DNA from: an uncultured bacterium
GTDB taxonomy: Bacteria; Acidobacteriota; Thermoanaerobaculia; Multivoradales; JAHZIX01
Assembly: GCA_965368975.1 (NCBI GenBank)
Contig: CBDUPA010000007.1
Location: forward strand, 192,001 to 256,000
Length of the DNA: 64,000 nt
Reading direction: 5' to 3'
The notes under the pieces were generated by a model. It saw nothing but the letters and a program-made list of their open reading frames with translations. It did not search any database and was not told the origin of the DNA. This document shows positions 1 to 9,741 of this stretch, in pieces (within the stretch, counting starts at the first letter, position 1; each line of letters begins with the position of its first letter). Made by a program: the position numbers and the translations under genes.

Positions 1-1886
1 CGACCGAGGGTGTCGAAGAGACCCTGAGCGTCTGGGGCCAGTTGATCGCGCCAGGCATTGAGCCAGCTGCCGTCGTGCTGGCTGAGGACCCAGGCACCGA
101 GGTTGAGCAGCGTCCAGTAGCGGCGCCAGGCCAGATCACTGCCACTACCCTGGCCGCCCAGCTGCTCGGCGGCCCGCTGCAGGAGGCCGGGACGGCACCA
201 ACCGCTGGCGTCGAGGTGCTGGCCCAGCCAGCTGGCAAGTCCCTGGAAAGCCCTGCCCTGAGCCCAGGCAGCGACAGGTAGCGGGAACGCGGTCTTGGGT
301 GCCGACGCCAGCGCGCCGAGCCGAGCACGGAAGGCGCGCCGTAGGTAGCGTTTGTTGGCGGGCGTGTCGCGAGTACCGGCGTCCAGGTTGCGTACCGGGT
401 CGAGGGGCAGCAGTGCCGAGACAAACTCGGTATCCAAGAACGGCACCCGCGTTTCGATGCTCGCGGCCAGGCCAGCGCGGTCGATGCGCATCAGCAGGTT
501 GCGCAGGTAGTTGTGGCGGTCGAAGTGCAGCTTGCGGCGCAGACCTCGGTAGTCGGTCGCCGCCGGGGAGAAGGTGGTGGCGAGCCGTTGACGCAGCCGC
601 TCCCAGGATGCAGCTCCTGCGGCTTCCGGTGGCAACCAACCGTGGAGCACCTCTTGCCACGGCAGGATGTCTTCGTCGTCGTCGAGCAGGAATTCCGGCG
701 TACCATCGTCGCTGCGCTGGGCGTAGCGCGCGTAACGCTGGTAGCCGCAGAACAGCTCGTCGGCGCCTTCGCCGGACAGCATCACCTTGGCGCCTTGCAG
801 GCGTGCGGTGCGACTCATCCAGAAGAGCGGTACGCCGGAGTTGAACATCACCGGTGTACCACTGACGCGCAACATCCATGGCCAGATGGCGAGGAAGGCG
901 TCCGGCGTCAGGGTGGTTTCCTGTAGCTCCAGGCCCAGAAAACCGGCGGCCCGGCGAGCCTCGGCGCGCTCGTCGAGCATCGGTTCGGCGTCGAAGCCGG
1001 CAGCCAGGCAGGGTAGGCGGTGCGGGTGCTCTTGGGGTAGCAGGGACGCGAGGATCGTCGAGTCGAGCCCACCGCTCAGGAAAAGGCTGAAGCGGACGTG
1101 CTCGGGCAGGCGGATGTCGACCGATTCGCGCAACAGAGTTGCTAGCTCGGTGTCGGGTCCCGTGCCGCTGTCGGTTCCCGTGCCGCTGGCGGCGGCGAAG
1201 GCGTCGGGAGCGAAACGGCCGGTGCGGACGTCGAGGCCGTCCGGGGTCTCACGGAAGGTGACGGTCTGGCCCGGCAGCACCGCCTTGACGCCGGCCCACA
1301 TCGTCGAGGGCTCGAGCGGTTGGCGCAGCACCAGACACTCGAAGCGGCTCTGCAGGTCGGGAGTGTCGGGAGCCAGGCCTTGCTCGACGAGTCCTTGCGG
1401 TTCGGAACCGAAGGCAACATGGCCTGCGGCATGGCTGTAGTAGAGCGGCCGAATACCGACACGGTCGCGGGCCAGGGTCAGCTGCCGCGCCTGCCGATCA
1501 TAGACCGCGACGGCGAACATGCCGCGCAGGCGGGCGAGGAAGTCGAGGCCATACTCGGCAATGCCCTGCGCCACCAGCTGGCAGTCCGAGCCGGTGGGGA
1601 ACAGGCCGCCAGCCAACCGTGGGTCCCGGCGTAGCTCATGATGGTTGTAGAGCTGGCCGTTCATCACCACGGCAAAGCGGCCGTCGCGGCTGAGAAACGG
1701 GACGCCACCGCTTTCGGGGTCGGTGATCAGCAGGAAGGTCTGGCCGAGCAGGCAGCCTGGCTCGATGAACAGAGTGTAGCCGTCCGGACCGCGGCGCCGG
1801 ATCGCCGCCAGGGCACGGCCCACAGCGGACGCGACCTCCGCTTGCCGAGGTTCCGGGACGAACGCGACGCCGACGATGCCACACAT
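1..1886 (-). CDS. asnB: Asparagine synthase (glutamine-hydrolysing) family amidotransferase, 3' end truncated by window edge
   Basis: Absent from the ORF track (no stop in window). Manual translation from ATG 1886 gives MCGIVG (Ntn Cys2), RRRGPDG, FLSGGLDST, KVMLSGEGADELFCGY and ETRVPFLD. Confidence 0.9.
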   Translation of the reverse strand, partial: MCGIVGVAFVPEPRQAEVASAVGRALAAIRRRGPDGYTLFIEPGCLLGQTFLLITDPESGGVPFLSRDGRFAVVMNGQLYNHHELRRDPRLAGGLFPTGSDCQLVAQGIAEYGLDFLARLRGMFAVAVYDRQARQLTLARDRVGIRPLYYSHAAGHVAFGSEPQGLVEQGLAPDTPDLQSRFECLVLRQPLEPSTMWAGVKAVLPGQTVTFRETPDGLDVRTGRFAPDAFAAASGTGTDSGTGPDTELATLLRESVDIRLPEHVRFSLFLSGGLDSTILASLLPQEHPHRLPCLAAGFDAEPMLDERAEARRAAGFLGLELQETTLTPDAFLAIWPWMLRVSGTPVMFNSGVPLFWMSRTARLQGAKVMLSGEGADELFCGYQRYARYAQRSDDGTPEFLLDDDEDILPWQEVLHGWLPPEAAGAASWERLRQRLATTFSPAATDYRGLRRKLHFDRHNYLRNLLMRIDRAGLAASIETRVPFLDTEFVSALLPLDPVRNLDAGTRDTPANKRYLRRAFRARLGALASAPKTAFPLPVAAWAQGRAFQGLASWLGQHLDASGWCRPGLLQRAAEQLGGQGSGSDLAWRRYWTLLNLGAWVLSQHDGSWLNAWRDQLAPDAQGLFDTLG

Positions 1887-1972
1887 ACTCCTGCCTCCTG
1901 TGAAATTCTAGCGGCTGCTGGATTCCGTATACGCAGGAGGAGGCAGTGAGTTCTGGGGCGGTCGTCAGGATC

Positions 1973-2857
1973 TCAGGTCGTACCGACGGCGCGCCGCAGG
2001 GTTCGTGTCTCGTCGCGCAGGTCACGAGCTGCCTGCACGAGTTCTTCTGTGATCGATGCCGGAAGTGGAAGAGCCACGGGGTCGCCGGTCTCGACCGGCT
2101 CGTAGGGATCTTCCAGGCTGGAGATTTCCACGGCTTCGTGCGGGCTCTCGTCGTCCGCATCTCCCAGACCGGTTCCGCGTTCCCGTGTCAGCCGCTCGCG
2201 AATTCGATCCCGCAGCGCGCGGGCGTCCTCCAGACCGCGGAAGCGGCCCAGGTGTAGGGTCTTGCCCTCCAACTCGTCCAGATCCGTCGGCAGATTGCCG
2301 CCGCCGGCGGTGTGAACTTCCAGATCGGCGATGCCGAACAGTCGCTGAATCGGGCCCTGCTTCACTTTCATATTCTGGATGTTGGCGATGCGGATGGTCT
2401 GCTCGTGTACCGTCCAGAGGCCCTCGCGCAAGCGCAGGAACTCTTCACCCACCATGTACCAGCGCAGCTCCCAGTCGAGCTTGAGCAGCAGCAGGGAAGC
2501 GAAGAACTGCACCGCGAATGTGACGACGGCGGTGCCTTCGATCAGCATCAGGACATGACTGGGCGCCCACTCGAAGGAGAAGAAACTGATGTTGATGTTG
2601 TTGCCAATGCGCTCACTGATGCGTTCGATGACCATGTCCAGACCGCCGAAGCGGATGAAGCCGACGTCGATGAGACCGAAGAAGGCGAGCGAGACAAGCA
2701 GGCCGAAGAAACCGGCGATCTGCTTGGGGAGCCAGCGGGCGGCGTTGTAGTAGAGGTGGCGCCGAGAAGCGCGGAAGGTGCGTAGGTCGGTATCGATGCC
2801 CGGTGGTGGATCGGGCTTCTCACGGATGCGCAGCAGGTGCAGGAGACGCTCTCTCAT
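1973..2857 (-). CDS. bPH_2 (bacterial PH) domain membrane protein, YdbS/YdbT-like
   Basis: Two TM stretches followed by IRIANIQNMKVKQGPIQRLFGIADLEVHTAGG, the typical bPH_2 pattern. Confidence 0.8.
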   Translation of the reverse strand: MRERLLHLLRIREKPDPPPGIDTDLRTFRASRRHLYYNAARWLPKQIAGFFGLLVSLAFFGLIDVGFIRFGGLDMVIERISERIGNNINISFFSFEWAPSHVLMLIEGTAVVTFAVQFFASLLLLKLDWELRWYMVGEEFLRLREGLWTVHEQTIRIANIQNMKVKQGPIQRLFGIADLEVHTAGGGNLPTDLDELEGKTLHLGRFRGLEDARALRDRIRERLTRERGTGLGDADDESPHEAVEISSLEDPYEPVETGDPVALPLPASITEELVQAARDLRDETRTLRRAVGTT

Positions 2858-3531
2858 GATGCTTCTCCTTGCTGGTGGGCGCCCTGCTGCCGTGCCAGTT
2901 CCTGGCGCAGGGCTCGCAGTTCGGCTGTCGTTTCCTGCAGTGCACTGACGACCTGACGGAGAGGCTCGTCCGCCGGTATCGAGGTGGGCGCCGGCATAGA
3001 GGAGGGCGCCGGCACAGAGGTGGGCGTCGGTGGCGAGGGGGCGGTGTCCTGGACGCCAGCGTGGGTCGATGCTCCGGACCGCCTTGACCCTGTCGATCGC
3101 TTCGAGCGCCGCATGCGGGCGTAGAGAAAGTCGCGGACCGCCTCGAAGTTGGACAGACCCTCGATCGTGATCTCGGCCACCGACGAGCCCGAGGCTGTCT
3201 GGATCTGCACGCGCGCGAGTCCCAACCAGCGCTCCAGGGCGTTGCTGATCAGGTGGATGTCCTGGATGCGCGCGTAGGTCAGGCTGATCTCGCGCCGGAA
3301 CAGGATGCCCCAGTGCATGCTGACGCCTTCGTCGTCGAAGTCGTAGCGCAGTGTCTTGAACCGGAAGTAGAAGTAGAGGGCGGCAATCGGGAAGCCGGGG
3401 CCGAAGAGCAGCGACTTGAACAGGTAGTAGGTGAGCAGGCTACGTTCGGGCTGATGATGGCCGTGGACGGCGCTTACCTTCTCGGCGTCGTCCGTCGGAT
3501 CGGTGGCCGCCAGAGCGGCTAAATCTTGCAT
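2854..3531 (-). CDS. bPH_2 domain membrane protein
   Basis: LTYARIQDIHLISNALERWLGLARVQIQTASG motif; 4-nt overlap with the downstream paralog. Confidence 0.8.
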   Translation of the reverse strand: MQDLAALAATDPTDDAEKVSAVHGHHQPERSLLTYYLFKSLLFGPGFPIAALYFYFRFKTLRYDFDDEGVSMHWGILFRREISLTYARIQDIHLISNALERWLGLARVQIQTASGSSVAEITIEGLSNFEAVRDFLYARMRRSKRSTGSRRSGASTHAGVQDTAPSPPTPTSVPAPSSMPAPTSIPADEPLRQVVSALQETTAELRALRQELARQQGAHQQGEAS

Positions 3532-3626
3532 GATGGTCTCCGAGTCTCGGTGTTGGGCTTACGGGTCAGGAGAACTGCCCGAGTCTCTAGCACCTACTAC
3601 GGAAGGAACGCGGGTAAGATTACTCC

Positions 3627-4061
3627 ATGGTGCGCTTTCTCACGTGGACGTGGTTCGGACTATTGGTAGGTGCTCTCATTGCGACGTTGGCCAAGTTCCA
3701 GGCGTCGACGCTCGAGCGTGCCACCGCCTTCGAGGTCGGAAAGGTCACCTTCCAGGCCTTCAGCCATGCCGAATGGGGCTTGTGCATCGCGCTGATCGCC
3801 GCCGCTTTCGTGGCTCGACGAAGAGGGGCTTTCGGTCGACTGGGTTGGCTTCTCACGGCCGTGATCGTGGCCATGGTGGCGCTACAGGGAGCTTGGGTGC
3901 TGCCAGTGCTCTACCACCGGGTCGACTTGCTGATGGCCGGCGAGCCGTTGCCGCCGTCGTCCTTGCATCGTGTTTACAGCGTGCTGGAGTTGGTCAAGGT
4001 CGTCAGCTTGCTATGGCTCGGAGCCTTGAGCCAGCCACGCACTCTCTCCAACCAACGGTAA
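3627..4061 (+). CDS. Small 4-TM membrane protein (DUF4149-like)
   Basis: Four hydrophobic segments, LHRVYSVLELVK near the C-terminus; lies directly upstream of cydA. Confidence 0.55.
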   Translation: MVRFLTWTWFGLLVGALIATLAKFQASTLERATAFEVGKVTFQAFSHAEWGLCIALIAAAFVARRRGAFGRLGWLLTAVIVAMVALQGAWVLPVLYHRVDLLMAGEPLPPSSLHRVYSVLELVKVVSLLWLGALSQPRTLSNQR

Positions 4062-4082
4062 TCCTCGAATCTGGAGCTTGCC

Positions 4083-5402
4083 ATGACTCATCTCGAGTTA
4101 GCCCGCAGCCAGATGGCCTTCTCGCTGGGCTTCCACATCATCTTCGCCTCGATCTCGATGGTGATGCCTTTCTTGATGTGTCTGGCGTATCGTCGCTACC
4201 TTGCCAGCGGCGATCCACTGGATTTGCGCTTGACCAAGGCATGGATGCGGGGAACGGCGATTCTCTTCGCGACCGGGGCCGTCAGCGGCACTGCCTTGAG
4301 TTTTCAACTGGGACTCCTGTGGCCGACGTTCATGGAACACGCTGGTCCGATTTTCGGCATGCCGTTCTCACTCGAAGGGGCCGCCTTCTTCTTGGAGGCG
4401 ATCTTCCTGGGGCTGTTTCTCTACGGCTGGGACCGGCTGCCGCCGCGCGTCCACCTGTTCTGCGCCTGGATGGTGGGGTTGTGTGGGGTGGCATCCGGTG
4501 TACTGGTCGTCGCCGCCAATGGCTGGATGAACGCGCCCGCCGGCTTCACCTGGGTCGACGGGCAAGCTGTCGACATCGATCCATGGGCAGCGATGTTCAA
4601 CCAGGCGTGGCCGCTGCAGGCGACGCACATGCTGGTGGCGGCCTTCCAGGCGACCTGCGCCGCGGCCGCGGGCCTCCATGCTTGGGGGTTGTTGCGTGGC
4701 GACGGCGAGCGGTTTCACCGCAGAGCCCTGAGCTATGTCTTGCCGATTCTGGCTGTGAGCTCGCTTCTCCAGCCGGTGATCGGGCACTTCAGTGCCGAGT
4801 CTGTCGCTGAACGGCAGCCGGAAAAACTGGCCGCCATGGAAGCCCACTTCCACACCTCAACGGCAGCGCCATTGTGGATCGGCGGCTGGCCGGACGAAGA
4901 GGCGCAGCAGGTGAAGTGGGGCTTGCCCATTCCCGGTGGCTTGAGCTTCTTGGCACATGGTGATTTCGCTGCCGAGGTCACGGGGCTGGACGCGTTCCCG
5001 AAGGAAGAGCAGCCGCCGGTCCTGATCGTCCATCTGGCCTTCCAGGTGATGGTGGGTCTTGGCATGCTGCTGGCGGCGGTGTCTGTGCTCTACCTGGGTG
5101 CCCGCTGGCGCAAGGTCGACTTGTTGCGACGGCGCTGGTGGTTGACCCTACTCACGGTCTTGACGCCCGCGGGATTCCTGGCCTTGGAGGCAGGATGGGT
5201 GGTCACAGAGGTAGGGCGTCAGCCCTGGATCATTTACCGGGTGATGAAGACGGCCGAGGCAGTGACACCGGTGCCGGGCCTGGGCTGGAGCTTTGCGATC
5301 ATCGTACTGCTCTACAGTACCCTGGGGACGATCTCGATGCTTCTGCTCTGGAAGTGGTTTCGGCTCGAATCGCGGGTTGCTGAAGCTAGGGAGGAGGGTT
5401 GA
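4083..5402 (+). CDS. cydA: Cytochrome bd ubiquinol oxidase subunit I (short Q-loop, CIO-like)
   Basis: GFHIIF, FQLGLLWP, QPEKLAAME and EAGWVVTEVGRQPW motifs. Confidence 0.95.
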   Translation: MTHLELARSQMAFSLGFHIIFASISMVMPFLMCLAYRRYLASGDPLDLRLTKAWMRGTAILFATGAVSGTALSFQLGLLWPTFMEHAGPIFGMPFSLEGAAFFLEAIFLGLFLYGWDRLPPRVHLFCAWMVGLCGVASGVLVVAANGWMNAPAGFTWVDGQAVDIDPWAAMFNQAWPLQATHMLVAAFQATCAAAAGLHAWGLLRGDGERFHRRALSYVLPILAVSSLLQPVIGHFSAESVAERQPEKLAAMEAHFHTSTAAPLWIGGWPDEEAQQVKWGLPIPGGLSFLAHGDFAAEVTGLDAFPKEEQPPVLIVHLAFQVMVGLGMLLAAVSVLYLGARWRKVDLLRRRWWLTLLTVLTPAGFLALEAGWVVTEVGRQPWIIYRVMKTAEAVTPVPGLGWSFAIIVLLYSTLGTISMLLLWKWFRLESRVAEAREEG

Positions 5403-5404
5403 AC

Positions 5405-6418
5405 ATGGAGATCACGCTAGCTTTTCTCCTGGTTGCTCTGGCAGCCTACACTCTGTTCGGCGGCGCTGACTTCGGTGGCGGTGTGCTCGAAGCTTCGTTG
5501 TGGCGGCACCCAGCGCTACAGAAGAAGCTGCAGGCGACGCTGGCCCCGGTCTGGGAGGCCAATCACGTTTGGCTGATTGCCGTGATCGTGATCCTGTTCG
5601 TTGGTTTCCCGGCCGCCTACGCACGGCTGTGTACCCTGCTCTTCGTGCCGCTGTCTTTGGTGCTCCTCGGAATCATCCTGCGCGGTGCCTTCTTTACCTT
5701 TCGCAAGTACGATCCCGAACCGGGAATGCGTCAGCGTGGCTACAGCTGGCTGTTTCGGGTCAGCTCACTGCTCACGCCGCTGATGTTCGGATTCATCGTC
5801 GCTGCCTTGCTTCGGCCTTTCCTGCCGACGGCCATCGCAGCCGAAGAAGGCTTTGCTGCGGTCTACATCTATCCGTGGACGAACACCCTGGGCCTGCTGT
5901 GTGGGTTGTTCGTCAGCGCATTGTTCGGTTACCTGGCAGCCGTCTTCTTCTTCGGTGAGCTACGTGACGCCGCGGAGCGGGCCGTGCTGCGTACGAGGAT
6001 CCTCGGTTTCTTCGCCGCGACCTTCGTGAGCGGTGGCGGGGTGCTGCTCTGGGGCGCGCATAGCGGCACTGTGGATTTGCGTCAGGTGTTGAGTCCGCTC
6101 CAGGTTACAGTCCAGGCGGTCGCGCTGCTCGGCGTTGTCTGGTTGCTTCGCAGCTTGCGAGCGCCACGGATCTGGCAGATGCGCCTGGCTGCCGGCCTGC
6201 AGGTGCTAGCGATTTTGGCTGGCTGGTTCGGGACGCAGTTCCCGGTCTTCCTACGCTTCACGGATGGTTCCGAGGTCACGGTGCACAACAGCGCCGCGCC
6301 CCAGGTGACGCTGTTCTGGCTCAACCTGGGCCTACTGGTGGTGCTATCACTCGTGGTGCCGCTGATGGCGTACCTATACAAGGTGTTCAGCGCGCGCCAC
6401 CAACACACGGAGGTCTGA
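5405..6418 (+). CDS. cydB: Cytochrome bd ubiquinol oxidase subunit II
   Basis: GGADFGGG and APVWEANHVWLI motifs; follows cydA; ATG at 5405 behind a GGAGG RBS. Confidence 0.93.
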   Translation: MEITLAFLLVALAAYTLFGGADFGGGVLEASLWRHPALQKKLQATLAPVWEANHVWLIAVIVILFVGFPAAYARLCTLLFVPLSLVLLGIILRGAFFTFRKYDPEPGMRQRGYSWLFRVSSLLTPLMFGFIVAALLRPFLPTAIAAEEGFAAVYIYPWTNTLGLLCGLFVSALFGYLAAVFFFGELRDAAERAVLRTRILGFFAATFVSGGGVLLWGAHSGTVDLRQVLSPLQVTVQAVALLGVVWLLRSLRAPRIWQMRLAAGLQVLAILAGWFGTQFPVFLRFTDGSEVTVHNSAAPQVTLFWLNLGLLVVLSLVVPLMAYLYKVFSARHQHTEV

Positions 6419-6491
6419 GTTCCGGGACCTCTCAGCACCCGAGGCGGTGCTGGAGGTCCGTTCGCTCGAGAGCGCGACCAAGGTCGCCGAG

Positions 6492-9400
6492 TTACCACAT
6501 GACGCGCACGCCGAGCTGGAACTGGCGCGGGTCACCGAGGCCACTCTGCACCGTGCCATCGAAGTTGAACAGCAGGCCGGTGGCTTCGGGTTGGCGTAGA
6601 TTGCGCTCGTTGGTCAGGTTGAACACCTCGGCGATGCCCTCGATCTCCAGATTGCCGACGCGGAAGATCTTGGACAGACGCAGGTCGATGGACGAGAACT
6701 TGTTGTCCTTGCGACCCAGGTTGCGGCGGGTGACGGTGCCGTCGTCGTTGATGCGGTCGGTCGGTGAGGCGGCATCGGCGCCGGTCTCGGTGATCGACTT
6801 GGGCTGGGCCGAGCGGTACGAATAACGCGCGTTGACGTTGATGCCGTGAGGCGCCTGCCAGGTAGCCCAGGCGTTGAAACGGTGGCGTTGATCGCGGTCG
6901 GACCAACTCCACTCCTTGTCCAAGTCAGTGATGCGGGCGTAGCGCAGGGAGAAGGGGTCGCGCTCGTTGTCGTCGCTACTGCGGTCCTTGGAGTAGGTGT
7001 AGAAGGCGTTGAACTGGAACGCACCGCCGCGCTTGGACAGGCCGAACGTGTAGCCGTGGTAGAGGCTGTTGGCGGTGGACTCGACGGTGGTCAACTGGCC
7101 GATGCCGTTGCTGCCGTCCGTGCCCAGACCGGTCGACCAGGGAGAGCCGAGCAGCGGGTCGTTGCGGTTGACGAAGCGCGTCAGGTGCTCGGTGTCGGCG
7201 TAGTTGAACTTGACCAGGGCCGACAGGCCGTTGCCGATCTCACGCTCGTATGCGATCGAGGCCGCGACGGTGCGCGGATTCTGGAAGTCCTCGTCGAACA
7301 CGAACACGTCCGGACGGAAGGGGTCGCCGACTTCGGCGGCCGGGATCAAGCCGCCGTAGGCCGGTGGAGGTCCGAGGAAGGGCGAGGCGGCGCTGTTGCG
7401 GAACAGCGTCTGACCGAGGCTGCCGTTGGTCGAACGGCTGGAGGCCAGCACCAACCCTGGGATGCGGGCGTAGAAGAGACCGGCATTGGCGCGCAGTACG
7501 GATTTGCCATCGCCCTTCGGATCCCAGGAGATGCCCAGGCGCGGTTGCCACATGTCGTAGTCGGACGGAATGGTGCCGTCGGACGGGAAGCGTTGGCCGT
7601 TGACGGTCTGGCCGATGAAGGCGCTGTAGAAGACCTGGCTCGGCGGCGTGATCGGGTCGGGCTGGATCTGGGCTTCCCAGCGCAGGCCGTAGTTGATGGT
7701 CAAGTTGGAGCGCGGCTGCCAGGTATCCTGCAGGAAGACTGCTGGCTCCTCCTGCGTGATGGTCTGGGTGCCGGCCTGCTCGGGCGTCAGGCCACCGACG
7801 CCAGCGAACTGCAGGTACAACTCGACCGGGCCGGTGATCGAGGCGCCGGTCGGGCAGGCGCCGGTCTGCGAGCTGCTGCCGTCCGAGCACTCGACATAGT
7901 TGGGGTTGTCCAGGTAGTTGAGGAAGCCGTCGACCGACTGGAAGATCATGCGGCCGTTGGCGAAGCCGACGAAGGTCTGGAACGCGGAAGTCTGGTTCCA
8001 CTCGAAGCCGGCCTTCACAGTGTGCGCGCCGCGCAGCAAGGTGACGTTTTCGTTCACCTGCCAGCGCGTGTCGTGGTAGACGACCGGGATGAAGAAGGGC
8101 ATGCCGAAGCGGTAGCCGCGGAAGAAGTCGATGCCGGTGTCCGGGAAGGGGCGGCCGGTGACCGAGTTGATCGGACCATCGTAGGGCCGCGGCCGGTCTT
8201 CACGCGCGTACTGGAAGCGGAATTCATTGAACGTGTTCTCGTTCAGCGTCGACACCAGCGCGCCGTTGCCGGAGTGCGACTCGGCTTGCTCGACAGCGTT
8301 GGCGCTGGCGCCCCAGGGGTCGACGTCGAAGGTGCCGTTGACTTGCTCGGAGTCGAAGTAGTTGTATCGCAGGGTCAGCAGATTGCGCTCGCTCAGGCGC
8401 CAGTCCACCTTGCCCAGGAACACCAGTGCGTCGTTGGTGCGGGTGATCGGCGCGTTCTCGTTCGGACTACCGATGGCGGCGAAGGCGTCGACCAGGCGCG
8501 AGTCGATGCGCGTGGGATCGTTCTGCTTGGTGGAGTCGGCGTCCTGGTAGTCGAAGGCGGTGAAGAAGAAGATCTCGTCTTGCTTCAAGGGGCCGCCGAG
8601 GGTGAAGCCGATCTGTCCCTCCTCGGAATCGAAATCCGGCTCGCGGTCGCCGTCGGCGCGTTCGGCGCGGGTGGACATCGAGTCGTTGTCGAAGAAGAGG
8701 TGGGCCGTGCCGCGGTACTGGTTGGTGCCGGACTTGGTGACCACATTGACGAAACCACCGGAGGAGCGTCCGAACTCGGCCGGCGCGCCGTCGGCCACCA
8801 CGACGTATTCCTGCACCGCATCCTGGTTGAAGGTGAAGGCTGGGCGCTGGCCGCCGCGCTGCTCGCCGAAGAAGGGGTTGTTGAAGTCGGCGCCGTCGAC
8901 CGAGATGTTGTTCTGGATGCCCTTCTGGCCGTTGATCGTCAACTCGTCGCCGTCGGGTCCTTGGACCAGCGCGACGCCCGGCGTCATCTGGGTGAACTCG
9001 AGGAAGTTGCGGCCGTTGTTGGGGATCTCGTTGAGCGTCTCGCGGTCTATGGTGACCGTGTTCTGGGTGCTGCTGGTGGCGATCTGCGGCGCCGCGCTGG
9101 TCACCACGATCTCTTCCTCGACGGCCGAGATCTGCAGGGTGAAATCGACCACCAACGTGCGGCCGACGGTCAGTTGCAGTCCTTGGCGCACCTGGGTGGT
9201 GAAGCCTTCGAGTTGGGCTGTGACCTTGTAGGGGCCAAGAGGGAGCAGCACGCCGCGGTAGCGGCCGCGGGAGTCGGTGATCGTGGTCTGCTCGAAGTTG
9301 GTCGCCGTGTTCAGCAGCGTCACCAGGACACCGGGCAGAGAGTCGTCATTGTCATCTGTCACGGTGCCTTCGATGATGCCGGTCGTGGCTTGTGACTGAG

Positions 9401-9518
9401 CCGTGGCTGTGCCTGGTGTCAACAAGACGACCGGTGCCAGCAAGGCCGCGGCCAGCAAGACCGGGAGCGCAGTAAGCCGTAGGTGGATGCGCAGGGTATC
9501 CATGTTCTCGTCCTCCAT
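6492..9518 (-). CDS. TonB-dependent receptor, Oar-like, with N-terminal carboxypeptidase-regulatory-like domain
   Basis: Signal peptide, GTVTD..G..V/LPLGPYKVTA domain, plug motif AEFGRSSGGFVNVVTKSGTN, C-terminal PRQFQLGVRVMW. Confidence 0.9.
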   Translation of the reverse strand: MEDENMDTLRIHLRLTALPVLLAAALLAPVVLLTPGTATAQSQATTGIIEGTVTDDNDDSLPGVLVTLLNTATNFEQTTITDSRGRYRGVLLPLGPYKVTAQLEGFTTQVRQGLQLTVGRTLVVDFTLQISAVEEEIVVTSAAPQIATSSTQNTVTIDRETLNEIPNNGRNFLEFTQMTPGVALVQGPDGDELTINGQKGIQNNISVDGADFNNPFFGEQRGGQRPAFTFNQDAVQEYVVVADGAPAEFGRSSGGFVNVVTKSGTNQYRGTAHLFFDNDSMSTRAERADGDREPDFDSEEGQIGFTLGGPLKQDEIFFFTAFDYQDADSTKQNDPTRIDSRLVDAFAAIGSPNENAPITRTNDALVFLGKVDWRLSERNLLTLRYNYFDSEQVNGTFDVDPWGASANAVEQAESHSGNGALVSTLNENTFNEFRFQYAREDRPRPYDGPINSVTGRPFPDTGIDFFRGYRFGMPFFIPVVYHDTRWQVNENVTLLRGAHTVKAGFEWNQTSAFQTFVGFANGRMIFQSVDGFLNYLDNPNYVECSDGSSSQTGACPTGASITGPVELYLQFAGVGGLTPEQAGTQTITQEEPAVFLQDTWQPRSNLTINYGLRWEAQIQPDPITPPSQVFYSAFIGQTVNGQRFPSDGTIPSDYDMWQPRLGISWDPKGDGKSVLRANAGLFYARIPGLVLASSRSTNGSLGQTLFRNSAASPFLGPPPAYGGLIPAAEVGDPFRPDVFVFDEDFQNPRTVAASIAYEREIGNGLSALVKFNYADTEHLTRFVNRNDPLLGSPWSTGLGTDGSNGIGQLTTVESTANSLYHGYTFGLSKRGGAFQFNAFYTYSKDRSSDDNERDPFSLRYARITDLDKEWSWSDRDQRHRFNAWATWQAPHGINVNARYSYRSAQPKSITETGADAASPTDRINDDGTVTRRNLGRKDNKFSSIDLRLSKIFRVGNLEIEGIAEVFNLTNERNLRQPEATGLLFNFDGTVQSGLGDPRQFQLGVRVMW

Positions 9519-9741
9519 CTCCCACCGGTACGTCGACCAGTGAGGGTTGTCCCGTTCATCGTGAGCTGCCGTTGCAGGAGCTTGCCGGTGCGGGCTGCCT
9601 TTGGGGCTGTTGATGCAAGGATTATGGGCGGATTTGCTACGGAATGTCTACTGAACAGCCTTCTCTCGGCGTTCCTCGGGCTCGTGGGGCCTGGACGCGA
9701 CGGGCTCTTTGGTTCTCTGACCTCGGCGGCAGGGGTCGCTT

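Noticed and set aside
1-1886. Lasso-peptide cyclase interpretation of the AsnB-like gene
   Set aside because: It has an intact MCGI glutaminase N-terminus, and no precursor, B protein or RRE is visible in the window.
6846-9395. 849-aa plus-strand ORF and other long antisense ORFs (e.g. 43951-45531, 35862-37106, 21256-22515)
   Set aside because: These are shadow ORFs opposite well-supported genes, expected from high-GC codon bias, and show no recognisable motifs.
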